A DNA stretch of 36,719 nucleotides from Flavobacteriales bacterium (GTDB lineage: Bacteria; Bacteroidota; Bacteroidia; NS11-12g; UBA955), in assembly GCA_947450405.1 (NCBI GenBank), contig CANFVI010000001.1, forward strand, positions 1 through 36,719, written 5' to 3'. The notes under the pieces are model-generated. The model did no database searches, was not told the origin of the DNA, and was given only the letters and a program-made list of their open reading frames with translations. Shown in pieces: positions 26,368 to 35,413 of the stretch (position 1 is the first letter of the stretch; each line of letters opens with the position of its first letter). The position numbers and the translations under genes are program-made.

Positions 26368-26805
26368 TTATTTGCCACTGCTACCATATCCGCCTTCGCC
26401 TCTTTCGGTATCGTTTAATTGGGTAGTTTCCTCCCATTGGATGCTTGTATATTCGGCGATAACCATTTGCGCAATTCTTTCGCCATCGTTGATTTCAAAT
26501 GCGGCTTGTCCGTGATTAATTAACAAAACTTTAATTTCACCTCTGTAATCAGCATCAATTGTGCCGGGTGAATTCAATACAGTTACTCCATGTTTGAATG
26601 CCAATCCACTTCTTGGGCGAATTTGTGCTTCATATCCTTCTGGCAACTCTAAAAACAGACCCGTTGAAATGATTTCTCTTTGACCAGGTTGAATGGCAAT
26701 TGGTTGATCAATATTTGCATGCAAATCCATGCCTGCACTTAAAACAGTTTGATATTTTGGCAGAGGATGTTTAGATAGGTTTTTAATTTTGATCGTTGTT
26801 TTCAT
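26368..26805 (-). CDS. dut: dUTP diphosphatase
   Basis: [27 protein letters not shown] and the C-terminal [11 protein letters not shown] motif. The length is 145 aa. Confidence 0.95.
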   Translation of the reverse strand: MKTTIKIKNLSKHPLPKYQTVLSAGMDLHANIDQPIAIQPGQREIISTGLFLELPEGYEAQIRPRSGLAFKHGVTVLNSPGTIDADYRGEIKVLLINHGQAAFEINDGERIAQMVIAEYTSIQWEETTQLNDTERGEGGYGSSGK

Positions 26806-28279
26806 TATGGATAGGGCTTACGTAAATGAATTTTTCGTAGATATAAATGCCACCAATTAATATGGCAAGTGAAAGTATTTTGGCACAAACTGAAAGTACT
26901 GTATTTTCTATATTTAGTATCCAATATCCAGTTCCTATGGCAATAAAAATACTCCCTAGAATTGGCAGCAATGGATATGGAATTGGGAAATACTTCTGAC
27001 AAAGGATGTAGCCAAAAACAACCATACTTGCATAAGCAATCAATGTGGTATAGGCGGATCCTAAAAATCCAATTTTTGGAATGAGAAAATAATTAAGAGC
27101 CAAAGTTATCAGGGCGCCGGCAAAAGCAGGCAATGCCCCAATTTTGGTTTTACCCGATACTTTATACCAAACAGATAAGGTGTAATAAATTCCCAAACAC
27201 AAATTGGCAGCCAATAAAATAGGCACTATTTTCATTCCGGAGGGATGGTTAAAATAGGCTTTGTTTCTAATTAGTAGCGGTGCTATGTAAGGCAAAATGA
27301 CAATGGTAAATAAGTAGATGATGGAAACTGCGTAAACAAACCATTTCATTACATAGGCATACGTTTGTTTTGAATCTAATGATTTTGCTTGTTGGAAAAA
27401 GAAGGGTTCAACTGCAAATCTAAAGGCTTGTACAAATAAGGTTAAAATGAGACTCAATTTGTAAAAGGCACTGTAGATACTGGCTTCATAATCGCCGGTG
27501 TTTTCTGGTAACAATTGTTTGAGTAATACCCTGTCGAATGTTTCGTTAATCATTCCTGCCAAACCTATAAATATCAAAGGATAGGCATATTTTAACATTT
27601 GTTTTAGCAGTGTAAAATCAATTCCATAAATTAAGTTCTTCCATGATTTGTACATCATTGGGAAGGTGAGTAATGAGGCAATTAGGTTTGAAAGAAAAAT
27701 ATTGGAAACCATATTTTCTGGTTGTGCCCAAGAATCGGCCCAGGTATAACCATGCTTTGATAAATAAGGACAGCCAATTAAAAAGAAAATATTTGCGAGC
27801 ACATTGATACCAATATTCGACAGTCGAATGATGGCAAATTGCCAAGGTTTCTGTTGGTTTCTTAGCCATGCATATCCCAATGCAGTAATTGCATCGGTGG
27901 CTAATATTAGGGTAAACCAAATTGCGTATTCAGGATGGCTTGGATAGCCTGCCGCATGCATAATTGAATTGGCGAAGAATTTAGAAAGGATGACCCAAAT
28001 AAACCCAGTGATAATTAGGGTCAGTGTGGCGGTAGAAAAAACCCGCTCTGGTTTTTCTGATTTTTGGGCAAAATTGAAGAATGCAGTTTCTAAGCCTAAA
28101 GCAAAAACAACTGAAAATAAACTGGCATAACCAAACATTACACTTACAACTCCGTAATCTGAAACGTCACTCAAATAGGCGGTATAAAGTGGAACCAAAA
28201 GGTAATTGATGAATCGCCCAACCATGGTACTCAATCCGTAAATGGCTGTTTGCGATGCTAGTTTTTTAACAATTGACAT
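26783..28279 (-). CDS. MOP-superfamily polysaccharide/oligosaccharide flippase (Wzx-like)
   Basis: 498 aa with about 12-14 hydrophobic helices. The N-terminus ([29 protein letters not shown]) is typical of polysaccharide-biosynthesis flippases. It overlaps dut by 23 nt. Confidence 0.75.
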   Translation of the reverse strand: MSIVKKLASQTAIYGLSTMVGRFINYLLVPLYTAYLSDVSDYGVVSVMFGYASLFSVVFALGLETAFFNFAQKSEKPERVFSTATLTLIITGFIWVILSKFFANSIMHAAGYPSHPEYAIWFTLILATDAITALGYAWLRNQQKPWQFAIIRLSNIGINVLANIFFLIGCPYLSKHGYTWADSWAQPENMVSNIFLSNLIASLLTFPMMYKSWKNLIYGIDFTLLKQMLKYAYPLIFIGLAGMINETFDRVLLKQLLPENTGDYEASIYSAFYKLSLILTLFVQAFRFAVEPFFFQQAKSLDSKQTYAYVMKWFVYAVSIIYLFTIVILPYIAPLLIRNKAYFNHPSGMKIVPILLAANLCLGIYYTLSVWYKVSGKTKIGALPAFAGALITLALNYFLIPKIGFLGSAYTTLIAYASMVVFGYILCQKYFPIPYPLLPILGSIFIAIGTGYWILNIENTVLSVCAKILSLAILIGGIYIYEKFIYVSPIHNENNDQN

Positions 28280-28287
28280 GAATGAAA

Positions 28288-28295
28288 CAAATGTA
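28288..28295 (-). promoter_or_regulatory. Candidate -7 box (TACATTTG on the minus strand) for the flippase/dut unit
   Basis: The plus strand reads CAAATGTA in the 17-nt gap after the WbqC-like gene, 8 nt upstream of the flippase ATG (28279). Confidence 0.35.
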
Positions 28296-28296
28296 A

Positions 28297-28875
28297 TTAA
28301 AATTCTGCTTGGAAATAATCTTTACAAAGTGGTCCTAGGTTGAATAGCAAGTCGAGAATAGAAACTTTTGGGCGAAAACCATATTTTGCATCAAATACTT
28401 GCGAAAACTCGGGAGTTGGAGTTTCCATTTTGTCGGAGTTAAAAATCAATTGGGTATCATTATTCTCAATTTGCGAGAATTCGATGTTTTCCAAGCCCAC
28501 AAGTTTGGTTGTTAATTCCAATAATGATTGATTGAGTTTGGCAAGTTCAGGAATTTGTTTGTCAAAAACGTCGAAGATTCTGTAATCGTAATATTCAAAA
28601 AAAGGAGATTTGCCATAGGCAGTTTGCAGGGCATTTTTGTGTTCGCGAATCCACTTTTGAGAATAGTCTATTTGAATTTGAGGGAAATAATCTGATTTAG
28701 AACTTGATATTAACGGAATTGTTAAGGTTTGAAGTTGATTGGGTCCTGCAATGATATATTTGTTGGTGTATTTGTTATTTGGCGCTGAGAACTGTTTTAG
28801 TAGATTGTTTTTTCCTTGTTTTTGGGCCATTATAAACCACTGGATACTTGGAAAAATCTCTGGAATCAAAATCAT
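28297..28875 (-). CDS. WbqC-like family protein
   Basis: 192 aa. IFPSIQWF near the N-terminus and W..EH..AL.TAYGKSPFFEYY match my recollection of WbqC-family proteins. No search was run. Confidence 0.5.
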   Translation of the reverse strand: MILIPEIFPSIQWFIMAQKQGKNNLLKQFSAPNNKYTNKYIIAGPNQLQTLTIPLISSSKSDYFPQIQIDYSQKWIREHKNALQTAYGKSPFFEYYDYRIFDVFDKQIPELAKLNQSLLELTTKLVGLENIEFSQIENNDTQLIFNSDKMETPTPEFSQVFDAKYGFRPKVSILDLLFNLGPLCKDYFQAEF

Positions 28876-29372
28876 AAGAAAAGAAGTTTTTTAATTGGCA
28901 GTGCATCTGAGGTTTCAAAAGCCAATTGCTTCATGGTTTTTTTCAATGAAGGATGGATGAAATTGGGAGCTAATTCTGCGAGCGGAGCCAACACGAAATT
29001 CCTATTTTGCATTTGTGGATGCGGAATAACAAGGTCATTGTCCCTCAAAACAATATTGTCGAATAATAAGATATCTATGTCGATAGTTCTTGGTCCCCAT
29101 TTTTCATGTCTTATCCTACCCAATTGTTTTTCAATTTGAAGGATTTTTTGCATGAGCATTTTGGGAGGGAATGGGGTAAAAATTTCAATGCATTGGTTGA
29201 TGAAATCTGGTTGATCTGTCTTGCCCCACGCTGAAGTTTTATAAAATGAAGAAGTGTTTTTGACCAGGCCAATTTGTTGGCTCAAAAGGATGTTCGCAAG
29301 GTTCAAATTTGCAATTGAATTTCCTTGGTTACTTCCAGTGGAAAGAAACACCCTATGAAAAAGTTTAGACAC
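28872..29372 (-). CDS. folK: 2-amino-4-hydroxy-6-hydroxymethyldihydropteridine diphosphokinase (HPPK)
   Basis: VFLSTGSNQGN, WGPRTIDIDILLFD, IPHPQMQNRNFVLAPLAE. The length is 166 aa. Confidence 0.88.
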   Translation of the reverse strand: MSKLFHRVFLSTGSNQGNSIANLNLANILLSQQIGLVKNTSSFYKTSAWGKTDQPDFINQCIEIFTPFPPKMLMQKILQIEKQLGRIRHEKWGPRTIDIDILLFDNIVLRDNDLVIPHPQMQNRNFVLAPLAELAPNFIHPSLKKTMKQLAFETSDALPIKKLLFL

Positions 29373-29413
29373 AGCCGCGAAGATAAATCGCTTGGACGAA
29401 GAAAATAGAATTG

Positions 29414-29421
29414 TATTTTTG
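29414..29421 (+). promoter_or_regulatory. Candidate -7 box (TATTTTTG) for the M16 peptidase gene
   Basis: Matches TAnnTTTG 6 nt upstream of the ATG at 29428. A TTG at 29392-29394 lies 19 nt upstream, a plausible -33 element. Confidence 0.45.
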
Positions 29422-29427
29422 TAAAAT

Positions 29428-32382
29428 ATGAAAAAATATATTTTCGTAGGACTTTGTCTTTTTGCAAGTGTTTTAGGTGCACAACAAAAAATTAATGGCT
29501 ATGCCGATTATCCATCAGAAAACTGGGTGATGCGCAAGTTTCAAAACGATCCATTAAATGTGAGGTATTATACCTTTAAAAACGGATTGACATTAATTAC
29601 ATCTACCAACAAGAAATCGCCGAGAATCAACACCATGGTTGCGGTAAAAACTGGTTCTAAAAACGACCCTTCAACCAATACTGGTTTGGCTCATTACTTA
29701 GAACATATGTTGTTTAAAGGAACGGATAAATACGGCAGCTACGATTGGAGCAAAGAAAAGCCATTGTTAGATCAAATTGACGCATTGTATGAGCAATATA
29801 ACTCTACAAAAGATGAGGCACTTCGTACTGCAATTTATCACAAAATTGACAGCACAAGTCAGCTTGCAGCAAAATTTGCCATTGCAAATGAATTTGATAA
29901 AATGTGTCAAGCAATGGGTGCTGAAGGTACAAATGCTTTTACTTCCAATGACATGACAGTTTATGTGAATGATGTTCCTAGCAATATGATGGACAAATGG
30001 TTAACATTGGAATCTGAAAGATATAGAAATCCAGTTTTACGTTTGTTTCATACTGAGCTTGAAGCGGTTTATGAAGAAAAAAACATTGGTATGGACCGCG
30101 ACGGAGATAAAGTTTGGGAAGCAATTTATGCTGAACTTTTCAAAAAACACAATTATGGATTACAAACCACCATTGGTACCATAGAGCACTTGAAAAACCC
30201 TTCGTTGAAAGCCATTCGCAATTATTACAATACGTATTATGTGCCAAACAATATGGCCATTATTATGGCAGGAGATTTTAATCCTGACGAAGCGGCTAAA
30301 TTGGTAGCTGAAAAGTTTTCTTACATGAAGAAAACAGAGGTTCCTGTATATAACTTTGAAGAAGAAACTCCAAGAAATACTGAAAGAACAATTGAATTGG
30401 TTGGTCCTGATGCAGATAATTTAACCATTGGATTCAGGGCTCCAGGTGCGAAAAGCAAAGAAGCTACAATTATCAAGTTAATTGATTTGTTGTTGAATAA
30501 TTCATCGGCGGGATTAATTGATTTGAATTTGGTAAAAAAGCAACTTGTTTTGGCTGCCAACAGTGGAACAGACATTATGAAAGACTATTCCATGTTTATT
30601 TTAACCGGAAAACCTAAGGAAGGTCAAAAATTAGAGGAATTAAAAGACTTGTTGCTTGCTCAGTTAGAAAAAATTAGAAAAGGTGAGTTCGACGAAAAAA
30701 TGTTAAAGTCGATTTTATTAAACGAAGAAATTAGCAAAATTGAGTCTTTCAAAGAAAATGAATCAAGAACAAGTTTCTTAATGAGCACTTTTGTGAATGA
30801 TTTGGATTACAGAGCGGCTGCGAGTGAATTGGCTTTGATGGCTGAAATTTCTAAAGCTGAAATTGTTGCATTTGCAAATGAATATTTGGGCAATGACAGG
30901 GTAGTGGTTTATAAAAGAAAAGGGGAAGCACCAAAGGCAAATAAAATTGTCAAACCTGAAATTAATCCAGTTGAATTGAATAGAGATAAACAGAGCAAAT
31001 TTGTAAAAGATTGGTTAGAAATGCCATCAGTACAAATTGCGCCTGCTTTTTTTGATTCAAAAAACATCACAGTTTCTAAATCGGGTATCGCTCCTGTTTA
31101 CTATGTAAAAAATGCTGACAATCGTTTGTTTAATTTAACACTTAAATTCAACCAAGGCAGTTGGCATGATAAACGCACTTCATTGTTGTTTTCGTATTTG
31201 AAATTTTTAGGGACAAAAGAGATGAGTTCAGAAGATTTCAGCAAGAAAATGTACGATTTGGGTTGTAAATACAGTGTTTCAAATGATGAGGAACATGCTT
31301 ACATTAATTTGAATGGACCAGATGAGAATTTCAATGAAGCGCTAAAAATGGTGCAAAGTGTATTGCGCAATCCAATGCCTAATGAAAAAGCGTTACAAAG
31401 TTTAATTGGTGATATTTTGAAAAGTCGTGAGAATAATAAGTTCAATGCACGCATCATTCAGCGCCAATTGTCGCAGTATGTGATGTATGGTCCAAACAAT
31501 CCAAGTACTTGGATTATTAAAAATAGCGATTTGAAGAATATTAAGTCAGGTGAGCTTTTAAAATTATTGAAAGAGGTATTAATGGGTAGCTATGAAATTA
31601 GTTATTATGGACCTAGGGCATTAGAAGGAAAGTTGAAAGATGAGAAGATCGAGAATTCTGTTTTAAGTAATTTGAGCGAAAGTGGATTTATGCCAAAAGG
31701 TTTCAAATCAGGCAAAAAGGATATACCTGTATTTACTGAGCGTAAAATGACAGAGAAGGAAGTGTATTTTACGCATTATCCACAAGTTCAAGCTACCATC
31801 AATTGGTGGACAAATGCTGGAGATTATACTTTTGCATTACACCCAACAGTTGTGGCATTTAACCAATACTTTGGTGGTGACATGAGTAGTGTAGTATTTC
31901 AAAACATTAGGGAAGCGAAGGCATTGGCTTACAGTACGTACGCAATTTTTAATGAGCCAAAGAAGCCAACAAAACCTTATATGATGTCGGCATTTGTTGG
32001 AACGCAAGCTGATAAATTCCACGATGCAATTGCTTCAATGAATGAATTGTTGACGCAGATGCCTGCAGATGAGGAAGTTTTTGGATTGGCGAAACAGAGC
32101 ATTGTAAATAGAATAGAAACTGAAAGGGTAATGCCTGAAAATTATGTGGGTATGATGTGGGCTATGCAAGAAAAAGGATTAACTGAAGATCCTAACAAAT
32201 CTGTTTATCAAGAAATAGGAAGTATAAAAATTTCTGATATTTCTAATTTCCATAAAAATCACATTGCGAATAAGATTTATCATTTGGCAATTGTGGCAAG
32301 TCGCGAAAAAATCAGCAAAGAGGATATGTCTAAATACGGCAAGGTTAAGGAATTAACCCTTGAAGAATTATTTGGATATTGA
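29428..32382 (+). CDS. M16 (insulinase/pitrilysin) family zinc peptidase, tandem two-unit form, secreted
   Basis: Signal peptide MKKYIFVGLCLFASVLGAQ, inverted zinc motif HYLEHMLFKGT (HxxEH) and a downstream EAVYEE region. The second half is M16-like without HxxEH. The length is 984 aa. Confidence 0.88.
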   Translation: MKKYIFVGLCLFASVLGAQQKINGYADYPSENWVMRKFQNDPLNVRYYTFKNGLTLITSTNKKSPRINTMVAVKTGSKNDPSTNTGLAHYLEHMLFKGTDKYGSYDWSKEKPLLDQIDALYEQYNSTKDEALRTAIYHKIDSTSQLAAKFAIANEFDKMCQAMGAEGTNAFTSNDMTVYVNDVPSNMMDKWLTLESERYRNPVLRLFHTELEAVYEEKNIGMDRDGDKVWEAIYAELFKKHNYGLQTTIGTIEHLKNPSLKAIRNYYNTYYVPNNMAIIMAGDFNPDEAAKLVAEKFSYMKKTEVPVYNFEEETPRNTERTIELVGPDADNLTIGFRAPGAKSKEATIIKLIDLLLNNSSAGLIDLNLVKKQLVLAANSGTDIMKDYSMFILTGKPKEGQKLEELKDLLLAQLEKIRKGEFDEKMLKSILLNEEISKIESFKENESRTSFLMSTFVNDLDYRAAASELALMAEISKAEIVAFANEYLGNDRVVVYKRKGEAPKANKIVKPEINPVELNRDKQSKFVKDWLEMPSVQIAPAFFDSKNITVSKSGIAPVYYVKNADNRLFNLTLKFNQGSWHDKRTSLLFSYLKFLGTKEMSSEDFSKKMYDLGCKYSVSNDEEHAYINLNGPDENFNEALKMVQSVLRNPMPNEKALQSLIGDILKSRENNKFNARIIQRQLSQYVMYGPNNPSTWIIKNSDLKNIKSGELLKLLKEVLMGSYEISYYGPRALEGKLKDEKIENSVLSNLSESGFMPKGFKSGKKDIPVFTERKMTEKEVYFTHYPQVQATINWWTNAGDYTFALHPTVVAFNQYFGGDMSSVVFQNIREAKALAYSTYAIFNEPKKPTKPYMMSAFVGTQADKFHDAIASMNELLTQMPADEEVFGLAKQSIVNRIETERVMPENYVGMMWAMQEKGLTEDPNKSVYQEIGSIKISDISNFHKNHIANKIYHLAIVASREKISKEDMSKYGKVKELTLEELFGY

Positions 32383-32413
32383 TGCATTTGAAAATTTGAT
32401 ATTGAATAAAATG

Positions 32414-32437
32414 AAAAAGGGGCGAAAGCCCCTTTTT
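32414..32437. terminator. Bidirectional intrinsic terminator between convergent genes
   Basis: AAAAAGGGGC-GAAA-GCCCCTTTTT: a GC stem with a GNRA loop, an A-run on the 5' side and a T-run on the 3' side. It lies between the M16 stop (32382) and the CpsB-like stop (32467). Confidence 0.8.
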
Positions 32438-32466
32438 CTATATACTTGTAATAAAAGAATAACGAA

Positions 32467-33159
32467 TTACGCTTGTAACTCGTTATTTCTGAAATGATTT
32501 TGATCGAAGAGTTCAGCCAATGATTTTTTTGTAAAAAAATTATTAAATGCTTCTAAATGGCGAAGATGATGAATGTCGGTGCATGCAAAATCAAACATAC
32601 CAGCCTTCAGCATTTTTTGAGCAATTTTTTGAACTTCTTTTCCGTAGTATGGTGTCAAAGATAATAAATTCAATTGAAGTTCAAATCCTAGATCTTTTAA
32701 ATGACTATAATTTGATTCCCAATTATTGTGATAATAGATATATCTCTCTGGATGCGCGAGAATGGGTTCATACCCTTGAATTTGCATATCAAAACTAATA
32801 TGTTCAACATAGTCTGGACGTTGAATATAAGAAAATTCGACGAGAATTTTGTCGTTACGAAGCTTTAATAGCGGTTCTTTATTTCGTAATTTTTGATGAA
32901 ACATATCATCCATCATATATTCTGCTGCAAATGAAGAGGAGATCTTCATATTGTCATTTTTTAAAGCAACATTTAAAACATCAAAACCATTTTCAATGGT
33001 TTCTTTGGTATTTGGATGTGTGTCAGAAATAATATGAGGGGTAAAAATAAAGTCGGTAAAACCTAATTGTTGTAAACCTGTAATTAGTGCAATAGATGTT
33101 TCACTATCTGTGGAGCCATCGTCAATTGCTGGAATTATATGATTGTGGAAGTCTAACAA
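32467..33159 (-). CDS. CpsB/CapC-type PHP-domain protein-tyrosine phosphatase
   Basis: N-terminus LDFHNHIIPAIDDGS (metal-binding HxH...DDG), a later AHPERY motif and CTDIHH. The length is 230 aa. The apparent start is TTG; no in-frame ATG lies upstream before the stop. Confidence 0.75.
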   Translation of the reverse strand: MLDFHNHIIPAIDDGSTDSETSIALITGLQQLGFTDFIFTPHIISDTHPNTKETIENGFDVLNVALKNDNMKISSSFAAEYMMDDMFHQKLRNKEPLLKLRNDKILVEFSYIQRPDYVEHISFDMQIQGYEPILAHPERYIYYHNNWESNYSHLKDLGFELQLNLLSLTPYYGKEVQKIAQKMLKAGMFDFACTDIHHLRHLEAFNNFFTKKSLAELFDQNHFRNNELQA

Positions 33160-33508
33160 AATTTGTTTAATTAATTAATTGTTGAAATGTTTAATATCAG
33201 TTAAATTTATTTGTTTTAGATTATTTAAGATAAAAAAAGAGCAAATCATTGATTTAACAAAGATGCGAAATCCTTCGTAAAATATTTAAAAAAAGGAGAA
33301 TTAATTCTATTTTTTTTCAAAAAGATTGATTTATAATATTTTGCAAATACCATATGTAACATTAAAATACAATGATAAGTGATAATGCAAAATTTTTGTT
33401 GATTTTTTGGTGTGTTTTTTTTATTTTTTGTTAAGCTATTGTATTGACAACTTAATCAGATGTTTACATTAATATGATGGATTTGAAATAAAATGCCATA
33501 TTTCGTGA

Positions 33509-33730
33509 GTTTTCTTTAATGAAATTTTAACAGAAAAATATGTGAGTTTATTTGGTCAACTTGAACCTTTCTGTGATGTAAGAAGAACTAACAATTTAAT
33601 CGGTGTTGTTCCAACTTTTGGAACCAAAGGATTACCTAAGAGATTCTTATATCCTCAAGATGAAATCAATACCAACACCAAAACTCCTTCTGGTGCTGAT
33701 TTATTTACACCTTTAGAGTTGTTTCAGTAA
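33509..33730 (+). pseudogene. C-terminal remnant (~70 codons) of a SusD/RagB-family nutrient-binding lipoprotein gene
   Basis: The open frame reads ...EILTEKYVSLFGQLEPFCDVRRTNNLIGVVPTFGTKGLPKRFLYPQDEINTNTKTPS...*. This matches the conserved C-terminus of SusD-like proteins (I.TqKw.alF.q..Ea..e.RRTgyP ... R..YP..E...N). An in-frame stop lies at 33506, and nothing upstream could supply the missing ~400-450 codons. Confidence 0.5.
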
Positions 33731-33749
33731 TTGATAATTAACAGTATTT

Positions 33750-33776
33750 AAAAAAAGGGGCGAAAGCCCCTTTTTT
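33750..33776. terminator. Bidirectional intrinsic terminator (core identical to the one at 32414-32437)
   Basis: A7-GGGGC-GAAA-GCCCC-T6. It lies 2 nt beyond the asnS stop codon (33779-33781, minus strand) and 19 nt after the stop of the SusD remnant. Confidence 0.8.
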
Positions 33777-33778
33777 GT

Positions 33779-35305
33779 TTATGGTTTAAGACGTCCGTAC
33801 ATTCTTGGAAAAGGAATGCTTTCTCTTACGTGCTTCAATTTGCACACCCAAGTTACCATTCTTTCTAATCCCAATCCGAAACCTGAATGAGGTACAGAAC
33901 CAAATCTACGCAAGTCTAAATACCATTCGAATTCAGACATTGGTAAATCGTGTTCTTTGATCTTTTCAATAAGACTTTCTACGTTAGTTTCACGTTCTCC
34001 ACCACCAACAATTTCACCATATCCCTCAGGAGCCAAAACATCTACACCGCGGGCAAAACGAGAATCGTTCGGGTTGCGTTTTAAATAGAAGGCTTTCACT
34101 TCATGAGGCCAATCGTATACCATTACAGGGCGGTCAAATAAACGGGTAAGTACAGTTTCATCGCTACCGCCAAAATCGTTGCCATATTCGAAAGTTCTTG
34201 CGCTGTTAATCCACTGAGGAATATTGCGTAAGTCTTCTTCTATGTCTGATTTTTCTTGTTTCAATGTATTTACTTTGTTGGTGAAGAAATTGATTTCTCC
34301 TTTTTTCAATCCACCACCGTTAATTTTACTTTCTTTATCAGCAACTTCAGCATCAATTTCAGCAAGTTTGGTTTGTTTTGATGCAAGTTCATCTTCAAGA
34401 CTTTTGATGCTGTTAACTCCATTTACATCTTGTTCTCCTTTGATAATGCGAACTGCTTCATCGTACGTCATTCTTGGGAAATCACCCAAAGAACTTTCTA
34501 AAACAGAAACATCTCTTCCAATGGTTTCAAGCTCTGATTTGCAATTGGCTAGCACATCTTTGATTACTGCTTGCAACATTCCTTCAATACAATCCATGTT
34601 TTGGAAAATATCGTAGAACGCCATTTCTGGTTCAATCATCCAGAATTCAGAAAGGTGACGGCGTGTTTTTGATTTTTCTGCCCTAAAAGTAGGACCAAAT
34701 GTATAAATACGTCCCATTGCCATTGCCATCGCTTCACCATAAAGTTGGCCGCTTTGACTTAGGTAGGCAGGATCACCATAAAAATCTGTTTCAAATAAAT
34801 TAGATGTTCCTTCACAAGCATTTCCGGTGAAAATTGGGGCATCCATTTGAACGAATCCTTGCTCTTGAAAATATTTATGAATGCTAAAAATGATGGTATT
34901 TCTGATTCGCATAATGGCCCATTGACGGGTACTTCTTAACCATAAATGGCGTTGATCCATCAAAAACTCAATACCGTGTTCTTTTTTAGAAATAGGGTAA
35001 TCAATACTCGTTCCAACCTCTTCAATTTGAGTAACTTGAATTTCAATTCCACCAATTTGTTTCTCGTCAGATAAAACTGTACCAACCAGAATTACGCTTG
35101 ATTCTAAGCTTATATTTTGAGCGCAATTCAATCCATTTTCTCCTGCTGTTTCGGCAGTTACAACACATTGGCAGAAACCTGTTCCGTCCCTCAAAATAAC
35201 AAATGCAATGCCCTTACCTTCTCTTTTGTTAGATACCCAACCTTTGAGTGTAACTGATTGCCCAATTTGATTTTTTAAACCTGAAATAAACGATTGATGA
35301 CTCAT
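33779..35305 (-). CDS. asnS: Asparagine--tRNA ligase
   Basis: I place the start at Met21 of the ORF (MSHQSFISGL...). That choice is supported by a TATCTTTG -7 box at 35319-35326, which lies inside the longer ORF. It has an OB-fold N-terminus (LKGWVSNKREGKGIAFVILRDGTG) and class II motifs (FGPTFRAEKSKTRRHLSEFWMIEPE, GGGERE, GFGLGLERMV). The length is 508 aa. Confidence 0.93.
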   Translation of the reverse strand: MSHQSFISGLKNQIGQSVTLKGWVSNKREGKGIAFVILRDGTGFCQCVVTAETAGENGLNCAQNISLESSVILVGTVLSDEKQIGGIEIQVTQIEEVGTSIDYPISKKEHGIEFLMDQRHLWLRSTRQWAIMRIRNTIIFSIHKYFQEQGFVQMDAPIFTGNACEGTSNLFETDFYGDPAYLSQSGQLYGEAMAMAMGRIYTFGPTFRAEKSKTRRHLSEFWMIEPEMAFYDIFQNMDCIEGMLQAVIKDVLANCKSELETIGRDVSVLESSLGDFPRMTYDEAVRIIKGEQDVNGVNSIKSLEDELASKQTKLAEIDAEVADKESKINGGGLKKGEINFFTNKVNTLKQEKSDIEEDLRNIPQWINSARTFEYGNDFGGSDETVLTRLFDRPVMVYDWPHEVKAFYLKRNPNDSRFARGVDVLAPEGYGEIVGGGERETNVESLIEKIKEHDLPMSEFEWYLDLRRFGSVPHSGFGLGLERMVTWVCKLKHVRESIPFPRMYGRLKP

Positions 35306-35318
35306 TTTTAAATTTCCA

Positions 35319-35326
35319 CAAAGATA
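35319..35326 (-). promoter_or_regulatory. Candidate -7 box (TATCTTTG on the minus strand) for asnS
   Basis: The plus strand reads CAAAGATA. It lies 13 nt upstream of the ATG at 35305. Confidence 0.4.
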
Positions 35327-35413
35327 ATTCTTTTTTTTCGCGCTTTTAATAGCATAAATCAACACAACGTTACTTTTTTATTTCAAGATGCTTGAGTTAA
35401 CTTCGCGACTGAA

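Noticed and set aside
33372-33434. Short Phe/Leu-rich ORF (20 codons, MISDNAKFLLIFWCVFFIFC) and similar mini-ORFs inside the AT-rich tract.
   Set aside because: Poly-T runs automatically encode Phe-rich peptides. There is no start context, conservation evidence or partner gene.
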